Positions 38,160 through 45,206 of a stretch of DNA of 45,545 nucleotides are shown piece by piece. Made by a program: the position numbers and the translations under genes. Numbering within the stretch: the stretch's first letter is position 1; each line of letters starts with the position of its first letter. The notes beneath the pieces are model-generated. The model worked only from the letters and a program-made list of their open reading frames with translations. It was not told the DNA's origin and did no database searches. This DNA is from Deltaproteobacteria bacterium (GTDB taxonomy: Bacteria > Desulfobacterota > Desulfobacteria > Desulfobacterales > C00003060): positions 1 to 45,545 of the forward strand of contig JAUVJO010000002.1 in the NCBI GenBank assembly GCA_030592345.1. Reading direction: 5' to 3'.

Positions 38160-40205
38160 ATGGCCCGGACTCTCTGTCTTGAGGCCACCCTGGAAAAGGG
38201 CCGTCTTAAGATCAGCATCCACAAACCGGATGATGTGATCTGGTCTTATGAGGATATTCCAGCCCCTATGGACAGGATCGAGACACGCTGCCGCAAAATG
38301 ATAGAGACCTTGAACAGAGCCACCGGTGAGGGCTCTACCTGTGGCTCTGACGTATTGACAAAGCTCAAAGCAGTGGGCCGCATGCTGTCCGACGAGTTAT
38401 TGACACAGGACATCAAAAAAGATCTCAAAAAAACCCGCGCCAATTACTTGATCTTGAGACTTGATGATCATCTGGTTCATATTCCATGGGAATTGCTCTG
38501 TGTTGGCGAGGGATTTCTCTGCCAGCGTTTCAACATGGGCCGATTGGTCAGGACCCGGCAGAAAACAGCACAGAGCAGTCATCGGAACTTGAGTAGACCG
38601 TTAAAGATGTGGATATTGTCTAATCCCAGCGGTGATCTGGCCAGCGCCGGCCTGGAAGGGCTTGAGATTTGCCGGTGCATGGATCGGATGAATCAGGAAA
38701 AAACCGTTGTTGACGCTTCTCTTGATTCTGACGTAACACACGATGAAATTAGAGAGAACATAAGGAACTATGATTTTGTCCACTTTGCAGGCCATGCTGA
38801 TTATGATTCGCAAAACCCGGGAGAAAGCGGATGGAAACTGGCGGGCGGTAATCTTACGGCCCGTGACATTTATAAGATGGCCGGCGGTTCGGCCATGCCC
38901 GCTCTTGTTTTTTCCAATGCATGTCAATCCGCCCGCACAGAGGCGTGGAAATGGAAAAAAAATGTTAAGGATGACTCCTTCGGGCTGGCCAATGCCTTTA
39001 TGCTTGCAGGTGTGAGACATTACGTGGGGACCTTCTGGGAGATATTGGATGAGCCGAGTAGTCGTTTTGCCTTTGAGTTTTATGAACACCTGCTTTCCGG
39101 CAGAACCGTTGGCGAAGCTGTTAGACTCTCCAGAGCGGTGTTGATCCGGGAATACGGTCCTGATTTCATTGGCTGGGCAAGCTATCTCCTGTATGGAGAC
39201 CCAACACTCGGTTATTTTGATCAAAACGAGGAGACCGAAGATCTGACAAAGCCAGAGCCCCCTGCCAGCCTAGATCCGGCAAACATCCATACAAGGGGAA
39301 AATGGTTCGGCTCTCATGGGAACATACCGAAATCAAAAGAGAAGCGGCATTGGTGGGCGGCTTCTCTGGTGATCCTTGGGTTGGTCTTTGGTGTGATGAC
39401 GGGCTACTATGTATACAAGCCGGATTTTTCCGGGCCGCCTACAGATTCAGAGACCCTTACAATCCTTCAAGAAGAGGCCGACAAAAAACGAGAGCGAATA
39501 GACCGGTTGTTCAAGGAGTTGGAGATCATTGCAGCATCGCCTGATGCCTTGGCTTATGATGAAGCGCCATCCGATGCTTGGACTTCCGGGCACTTAACCC
39601 TTGCAATGGATTTTGATTCACAAAGATGCTTCTTACACCGGGGAAAAGAAAAGCTCATTGCCTCGGTCATTGAGACCCAGATACTTGAGCACACCCGGGT
39701 TACATTGCTGGAGCGAATATCACTCGATATAATACTGGAAGAGCTAAAGCGGGCTAATTCCAAATTGGTGGCCCCGAAGAACAGGTTGCTGCCGGACCTG
39801 CTGACTGCAAAGCTTATCCTCTTTCTCGAAGTGGACCTTTCCGATGCGCAGCCCTTTGTCTTAATGCATCTGGCAGACACAAAAAAGGGGAGCGTTGTTG
39901 ACGTTCTGATTGAACCATTGGAGACCGCTCAACCTGTGTTAGCCCAGAAAAAAAAGTTATCCGAAAACCTTTTGAAAAAGCTGAACAATCTCTATCCGCT
40001 CAGGGGCAGGATTTCAGGAATAACAGGTAAAGCGATCAGGCTCAATATTGGAAGTGAGGCAGGTGTCACAATTGGTCAGCGGTTCAAGGTCGCTGATAAA
40101 GATTTAACCCTGGAAGTCGTCTCCATCCAACCGGACACAAGCACTGCCAGAGCGGAAAAGGGAGGATTGATCCTGGAAAAAGAATGGCGGGTAGAGGCAA
40201 TATGA
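38160..40205 (+). CDS. CHAT-domain (caspase-fold) protease with one TM helix and a C-terminal extracytoplasmic CsgG/FlgT-like module
   Basis: CHAT pattern LILRLDDHLVHIPWELL, catalytic-type His in VHFAGHA and Cys in LVFSNACQS, then ...GVRHYVGTFWEILD. TM helix WWAASLVILGLVFGVMTGYYVY. C-terminus LTLAMDFDS...LLERISLDIILEELK...PLRGRISGITGKAIRLNIGSEAGV. ATG 38160 is 1 nt after the anti-sigma stop. Confidence 0.85.
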   Translation: MARTLCLEATLEKGRLKISIHKPDDVIWSYEDIPAPMDRIETRCRKMIETLNRATGEGSTCGSDVLTKLKAVGRMLSDELLTQDIKKDLKKTRANYLILRLDDHLVHIPWELLCVGEGFLCQRFNMGRLVRTRQKTAQSSHRNLSRPLKMWILSNPSGDLASAGLEGLEICRCMDRMNQEKTVVDASLDSDVTHDEIRENIRNYDFVHFAGHADYDSQNPGESGWKLAGGNLTARDIYKMAGGSAMPALVFSNACQSARTEAWKWKKNVKDDSFGLANAFMLAGVRHYVGTFWEILDEPSSRFAFEFYEHLLSGRTVGEAVRLSRAVLIREYGPDFIGWASYLLYGDPTLGYFDQNEETEDLTKPEPPASLDPANIHTRGKWFGSHGNIPKSKEKRHWWAASLVILGLVFGVMTGYYVYKPDFSGPPTDSETLTILQEEADKKRERIDRLFKELEIIAASPDALAYDEAPSDAWTSGHLTLAMDFDSQRCFLHRGKEKLIASVIETQILEHTRVTLLERISLDIILEELKRANSKLVAPKNRLLPDLLTAKLILFLEVDLSDAQPFVLMHLADTKKGSVVDVLIEPLETAQPVLAQKKKLSENLLKKLNNLYPLRGRISGITGKAIRLNIGSEAGVTIGQRFKVADKDLTLEVVSIQPDTSTARAEKGGLILEKEWRVEAI

Positions 40206-40400
40206 TTGAACGGCCTGGAAGTTCTACAACTCACCGCAATTATAGATGATCTGAAAATCTATAGGGAAAAGGGGCTTGATAAGTCAATACGACGAAAAGC
40301 GCGCGCTGTTAACTAAATTTACAGAAACAGGGTATATCTGTATACTATCTTGACAATGGGCATGAACCTTCTTCGATTTTACAACGTATCTGGACCGCCG

Positions 40401-40426
40401 TTTAGAAAGAGAAATATATTTCTAAA
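40401..40426 (+). promoter_or_regulatory. Palindrome; candidate upstream activator site for the sigma-54 promoter
   Basis: tttagaaa-gagaaatata-tttctaaa contains the perfect 14-bp palindrome agaaatatatttct (40410-40423). Its centre is about 63 nt upstream of the -24 GG. Confidence 0.3.
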
Positions 40427-40477
40427 TCAATATATTATAGTCTTTCATCCGCAACAGCATCCCTCCTTTTTTCACCC

Positions 40478-40492
40478 TGGCACAATGCTTGC
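40478..40492 (+). promoter_or_regulatory. Sigma-54 (-24/-12) promoter
   Basis: TGGCACaatgcTTGC matches the consensus TGGCAC-N5-TTGC with correct GG-N10-GC spacing. It lies 215 nt upstream of the OMP gene on the same strand. Confidence 0.6.
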
Positions 40493-40573
40493 GTAATAGA
40501 CTTTTCAGCAAAACAAATCAGAAAATCAAACAACAAAGAACAAGTAATATTAGTGCCCTTCGGGAGGGCTTTT

Positions 40574-40629
40574 AGCTGTTAAGCTATTAAGCTATTAAGC
40601 TATTGAGCTATTGAGCTATTGAGCTGCTC
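40574..40629. repeat. Seven tandem 8-nt units (agctatta/agctattg) in the OMP gene leader
   Basis: agctgtta agctatta agctatta agctattg agctattg agctattg agctgctc. Confidence 0.95.
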
Positions 40630-40706
40630 GACTTATGTTATCTTATCAGCTTAATATCTTATCAGCTATGAGCTTATTTCTAGCTTCCTGCTGAGGAGGT
40701 GCAGCA

Positions 40707-42068
40707 ATGCAAAGGCATTTCTTTACTTTGAGTTTCTTGGTTATCCTTTGGCCTCTCCAGTTGAATTTTGTCTTTGCAGGTGGTGAGTATGTCCAAATCG
40801 CCTCATCTCCCAACCCTGTTGGCTCAGGAGCAAGGGCGCTGGGCATGGGCGGCGCGTTCATAGCAGTAGCCGACGATGCTACTGCAGCTTCCTGGAATCC
40901 GGGAGGTCTTATTCAATTGAAAAGGCCGGAAATATCTGTTGTGGGTAACTGGTTTCATCGAACGGAAGATAACGAGTTTGGAGACAATCCCGAAGCCAGC
41001 GGATCGCAGACCGTATCCGGGCAGGACATCAACTACCTCAGTATGGCCTATCCCCTCACTCTCTTCAATCGAAACATGATCGTTTCCCTGAACTATCAGC
41101 ATCTTTACGATTTCACACGCGAGTGGGGTCTTTCGTTTGCATTTACAAGCAAGCATAATGTTGGTGCCATATCAACGCGAAAGGAAAAAGTGGATTACCA
41201 GCAGAAAGGAGGCCTATCTGCTCTTGGTCTTGCCTATTGCATTCAGATTATTCCACAGCTTTCCTTTGGTTTTACACTAAACATCTGGGATGATGACATA
41301 ACCAGGAATAGGTGGCAGGAAAAGACCCACTTCAAAAGTTCAGAAACCGTTGAAGTACCAAGGCCTCCCCCTATGCCCCCTTTCAAACATACTAATGAAT
41401 TTCAATGCGACTGTATGCAGGAGTATTCATTCAGCGGTTTTAACACCAATATAGGCATTTCGTGGCGCGCCACTGATAAGTTAACGGTGGGGCTGGTCTT
41501 TAAGTCGCCTTTTACTGCAGATCTGAAGCATGAAACCACGACTGAAATCATTGAAAACAACAGCCCGAAAATCAGTACGAAAACAAGTCAAGATGAAAAA
41601 CTGGACATGCCTATGTCATATGGCGCTGGACTATCATACCGGTTTTCAGACAAGTTTACTATAGCGGCAGATATCTATAGGACCGAATGGCAGCATTTTG
41701 TCCTCACAGATTCAGATGGGTACGAGAAATATCCTATGACCGGGAAGTCTGTCAACGAATCTAATATAGATCCCACGTATCAGGTTCGACTCGGGGCAGA
41801 GTATCTGTTCATTAATCCGAAATCGCGCTATGTCATTCCTATCAGGTGCGGTCTGTTTTACGACCCTGCCCCGGCCGATGGAAGTCCTGATGATTATTAT
41901 GGCTTCAGCCTCGGCTCCGGTATTGGAATCGGGAGGTATGTCTTTGATGTCGCCTTTCAGTATCGGTTTGGCAATGATGTCGGCGATTCAATGGTTCAAA
42001 ATTATGATAATTTTTCCCAGGATGTGGACGAATATATGGTCTATTCATCATTGATTATCCATTTTTGA
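40707..42068 (+). CDS. Outer-membrane beta-barrel protein (FadL/TodX- or PorV-like)
   Basis: Signal peptide. GARALGMGGAFIAVADDATAASWNPGGL is the signature N-terminal motif of these barrels. Alternating beta-strand pattern with a terminal ...SSLIIHF. GAGGAGG Shine-Dalgarno sequence. Confidence 0.8.
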   Translation: MQRHFFTLSFLVILWPLQLNFVFAGGEYVQIASSPNPVGSGARALGMGGAFIAVADDATAASWNPGGLIQLKRPEISVVGNWFHRTEDNEFGDNPEASGSQTVSGQDINYLSMAYPLTLFNRNMIVSLNYQHLYDFTREWGLSFAFTSKHNVGAISTRKEKVDYQQKGGLSALGLAYCIQIIPQLSFGFTLNIWDDDITRNRWQEKTHFKSSETVEVPRPPPMPPFKHTNEFQCDCMQEYSFSGFNTNIGISWRATDKLTVGLVFKSPFTADLKHETTTEIIENNSPKISTKTSQDEKLDMPMSYGAGLSYRFSDKFTIAADIYRTEWQHFVLTDSDGYEKYPMTGKSVNESNIDPTYQVRLGAEYLFINPKSRYVIPIRCGLFYDPAPADGSPDDYYGFSLGSGIGIGRYVFDVAFQYRFGNDVGDSMVQNYDNFSQDVDEYMVYSSLIIHF

Positions 42069-42107
42069 CTAACGTGTAAGAAAGAAGCCTTCCCTGTGTA
42101 TTAGTAT
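42062..42107 (+). promoter_or_regulatory. Conserved box A (tttttgactaacgtgtaagaaa) plus downstream TAGTAT
   Basis: The 22-nt box at 42062-42083 overlaps the OMP stop codon. TAGTAT at 42102-42107. The next gene starts at 42168. Confidence 0.5.
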
Positions 42108-42167
42108 GGTAAGGGGGCTGGAAATTGAAAATGGGAACTCGAAAAAGCTAATAGGAGGTAATTTATT

Positions 42168-42878
42168 ATGAAAAGAATTACAATGGTTTTTGTCTGGTGC
42201 ATTATCTATTTGTTCTTGGTCCTGTTGAATCTAGGATTCACAGAAGACAAACACGCAAAATGCGCTGAAGATTGCAATCGGGATTTTCAGGTCGTTTTTC
42301 CCAAAGGACACTTTGTAGATCTCGACGGTAATCCTCCTCTGGTTTTGTCTTGGTATGACCCTCAAACTCAATTGAAAGATCCTGATGCTTACTTTGGGGT
42401 TAATCAGAGCTATAAGGTGTCGATCTCCGAAGATGAGTTTTTTGAGGAACTAATTTGTGTAGAGTGGATCTCGAATAAATCCGTCTGGGTGCTAAGCGAC
42501 TGGATCGTAAAGGAAATAGGTCTTGAGCGTGGAAGAATATATTATTGGAAGGCGCAGAAAGTCAGTCAAAGTCAAGGTTGTGTAGTATCGACGGATACGG
42601 GCTCATTTGTTGATGACTCACATATTATGGTTGGGTGGAATGTTTATATTTGGGGTGCAATATGTGATGACACTGTGGTGCAAGTGTATTCGCACACAGG
42701 TCCATGTGAGAACTCAACCGAGCTTCTAGCTGAATTTATACCATATGGGTGTTCGTGTGATTTCTGTTTATATAGTGGGTTTCTCCCTCCCAGAAAATCC
42801 TACTGCGTCCATTATCGAGACGAATGGAAGACTTTTTATGGGTCCGAGGTGATCTGTGATTTTTGGCCGTGTGAATGA
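42168..42878 (+). CDS. Secreted cysteine-rich hypothetical protein (236 aa)
   Basis: Signal peptide MKRITMVFVWCIIYLFLVLLNLG. 12 Cys in the mature part. AGGAGG Shine-Dalgarno sequence 8 nt upstream. I recognise no family. Confidence 0.7.
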   Translation: MKRITMVFVWCIIYLFLVLLNLGFTEDKHAKCAEDCNRDFQVVFPKGHFVDLDGNPPLVLSWYDPQTQLKDPDAYFGVNQSYKVSISEDEFFEELICVEWISNKSVWVLSDWIVKEIGLERGRIYYWKAQKVSQSQGCVVSTDTGSFVDDSHIMVGWNVYIWGAICDDTVVQVYSHTGPCENSTELLAEFIPYGCSCDFCLYSGFLPPRKSYCVHYRDEWKTFYGSEVICDFWPCE

Positions 42879-43076
42879 AACTTATTGAAAGAAACAAAGC
42901 GGGTGCGCTCATCATTTCAGCCAGAATGTGTTGACGACGGACAAAGGCCAAACTATAGGGGCACATTATGCTGTGCCCCTGTGGCCTTATTTGGCATCAA
43001 CAAAGGTTGCTCACCCAACACCCATCCTTTTTCCGAATCCGTCTCCCTTTTTGCCCAACAATGCCTGTCTACGATT

Positions 43077-43115
43077 GGATAGAGATATGCCCTCCCAAAG
43101 GGCATATCTCTATCC
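43077..43115 (+). terminator. Strong hairpin (16-bp stem, 7-nt loop), terminator-like, downstream of the 236-aa gene
   Basis: ggatagagatatgccc-tcccaaa-gggcatatctctatcc. It is followed by accgttttgaacctttt, which is only a weak T-tract. Confidence 0.45.
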
Positions 43116-43174
43116 ACCGTTTTGAACCTTTTGTCCCATCCTGACACCTGATCCTGTTTTCCCTCCTGATAATT

Positions 43175-43224
43175 TTTTTGACTGACGTGTAAGAAAAGAG
43201 GACTCTCTCGGGTATTCTTAGAAT
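43175..43224 (+). promoter_or_regulatory. Conserved box B (tttttgactgacgtgtaagaaa) plus downstream TAGAAT
   Basis: Box at 43175-43196. TAGAAT at 43219-43224. Confidence 0.5.
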
Positions 43225-43614
43225 AAAAGGAAGAGATTGAAACTGTCCACTTAACGGGTATGAAATGCCACTATTGCTTGCTCAAAGTAAGATATCAAAC
43301 TTAACAGAAAATTCTTTGGAGAATTAGCTTGGTCGGAGGCAGAGAATAAGTACCCGCCAGTTTAGACAGGAGATGACACCGATGTTTTCCCGCAATCAAT
43401 GGCTCAAGAAGCAAAGCAAGCACAATACCTTTATCCGGCACCGCCGTTCTGGCACTTAAACCCGTTGAAGGCCGGATTTCCTGAAGAAGGAAAGCTATCA
43501 ACTGTCTTCTTGTCCGAACGGCGCGTGAAGGAAGGGGAGCGTTTTTTTACTTCATGAAGTGCTTTACACGAGTAGCTATAAAAACAATTTTATCATCTAT
43601 TAATGGAGGATACA

Positions 43615-43968
43615 ATGATGTCAAAAAAACTCTTTATTGGTTTTGTCTCGATTATTGCGGTAGTAATGTTTATCTGTGCTCCTGGCTATTCTGAAACCAT
43701 GACTTTCCCCTTGGAGGAAACGGATTCAGAAATGATTCCTTTCCCCGAGGAAGGCTTTTTCCAGTCAGTAGACGAACTGAGTGAAACGACGGACGGGGAC
43801 TGCCGTGAAATTGGCAAGTTGTGTATCGAACGTAAATGCGGGTGTGATGGCGCAGATCACCATACGTACCGCAAATATATTAAAACATCTTATTGCGAGG
43901 GCTCGCCGCCTTACCTAAAAGTGGAGATATACGGGGTATGTGAGCATACGGGATCTTGTGCGCAGTGA
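43615..43968 (+). CDS. Small secreted protein: signal peptide, acidic region and a Cys-rich C-terminal domain (117 aa)
   Basis: GGAGG lies 5 nt upstream of ATG 43615. MMSKKLFIGFVSIIAVVMFICAPGYS, then an acidic stretch (EETDSEMIPFPEE...DELSETTDGD), then 7 Cys in the last 62 aa or so. Confidence 0.65.
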   Translation: MMSKKLFIGFVSIIAVVMFICAPGYSETMTFPLEETDSEMIPFPEEGFFQSVDELSETTDGDCREIGKLCIERKCGCDGADHHTYRKYIKTSYCEGSPPYLKVEIYGVCEHTGSCAQ

Positions 43969-44079
43969 ATCGGTACATAGGGTTATGGCTGACAGACCGC
44001 GGTTGAGGGATAACTATAGGAAAGGAATTCCCTTTTTGAGAGAAAGAAGTATGGCAAGAACTGGATTGTGGGGGGACTA

Positions 44080-44139
44080 GGGGACGGGTATTGATATATT
44101 GATATACTGTCCTTTATCAATATATCAATACCCGTCCCC
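44080..44139. repeat. Perfect 25-bp inverted repeat with a 10-nt loop
   Basis: ggggacgggtattgatatattgata (44080-44104) pairs with tatcaatatatcaatacccgtcccc (44115-44139). Confidence 0.95.
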
Positions 44140-44151
44140 AATCAGCCCCAT

Positions 44152-44505
44152 GAAGAAACAAAGGAAACCGCAACAACCGGGGAGTTCGCCTCCCTTGAAG
44201 ACTTAGTCACCTCCACGGATTCATTACTAATAGACGTGCCGGTTTTGATTATCATTGGCCGGTTTGATTATACGATATGCGGTGGCGATGTAGATTGCTC
44301 GGATCGTTACAGTGTAATTAATCACGAGCAGCCCTTTTTCTCGCCTGAGGCCTCTCTTCGAGTCTCTATTGTGCCCAACTCAGGTCATGATCTTAATTTG
44401 CACAAAAACGCTCCAAGGGCTTATTTCAGAATGCTGTTGTGGGCAAACCGGTATGTCGGTGCCGTTTCCAATCTACCGGCATCGTGTGATTGTCCACAAA
44501 ATTAA
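44152..44505 (+). pseudogene. C-terminal fragment of an alpha/beta-hydrolase
   Basis: ...VPVLIIIGRFDYT...IVPNSGHDLNLHKNAPRAYFRMLLW is the typical PVLxIxGxxD ... SGH(catalytic His) C-terminal pattern. The frame is open only back to 44095, inside the palindrome. There is no nucleophile-elbow region and no plausible start. Confidence 0.5.
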
Positions 44506-44583
44506 CCCGGAAAATTCGGGGACACCATACCTATTTCTGTTCGTTCTTTGGTCTTGTGCCCGCCTTAGTTTCAGGATGCGCCC

Positions 44584-44683
44584 AAGCAAAGGCAAGAAAT
44601 TACTATTGTGTCCCCAGATTCCACACACACAGATTCCACAAGCAAAGGCAAGAAATTACTATTGTGTCCCCAGATTCCACACA
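44584..44683. repeat. Two identical 44-nt direct repeats (period 56 nt) embedded in an array of a 17-nt motif
   Basis: aagcaaaggcaagaaattactattgtgtccccagattccacaca at 44584-44627 and 44640-44683 (44/44 identical). The motif gtgtccccagattccac recurs at 44608 and 44664, with a variant at 44696. Confidence 0.95.
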
Positions 44684-45157
44684 GATTCCAGTATGGTGTC
44701 CCCAGATTTCCACGTAGAATCATGGCATGCTGCCAATTAAATTTACACAAAACCTCTCTGCATGCATAGCAACTTGACAGCAGACCCGGATCTTATTCAG
44801 TCAAATGAGCTATTCCGCCGACCTGTTTCAACAAAAATTATGTTGACAGATCAAGAGGTTGTGACCCTCCGCCGCCGAGCAAATGCCTATTTTTTTCATC
44901 TTGGCACGATATTGGCTATTATAGCATTTTCAGGAAAACAAAAAAGGAAAGCCAAATTTGTAAACACCGTAGTAACGTAACACAGAGAAGACCATTGGCC
45001 GGGTCTCAACATTTGACATATCGTGATGCTTGTAATGTGCGTGAGAGGAAAAATGATATGACTGGAATGGGCCTCTCTTCAGGCAGAATATCGGGCAATT
45101 TCTGAACCAACGCTTTGCCCTAAGCGATCATGAGGCCCACTTCGTCTTCTCACGATT

Positions 45158-45206
45158 TTTTTGACTGACGTGTAAGAAATGAACCTCTTCCGGGTATTAT
45201 TAGTAT
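45158..45206 (+). promoter_or_regulatory. Conserved box C (tttttgactgacgtgtaagaaa) plus downstream TAGTAT
   Basis: Box at 45158-45179. TAGTAT at 45201-45206. No convincing downstream gene lies within the window. Confidence 0.45.

Noticed and set aside
43301-43501. The 66-aa minus-strand ORF as a possible transposase fragment
   Set aside because: I could not match any transposase or integrase motif. It lies in the long untranslated stretch between box B and the 117-aa gene.
44762-44980. The 72-aa ORF as a gene
   Set aside because: It has no Shine-Dalgarno sequence, no recognisable motif, and lies in a repeat-rich degenerate region. There is not enough support.
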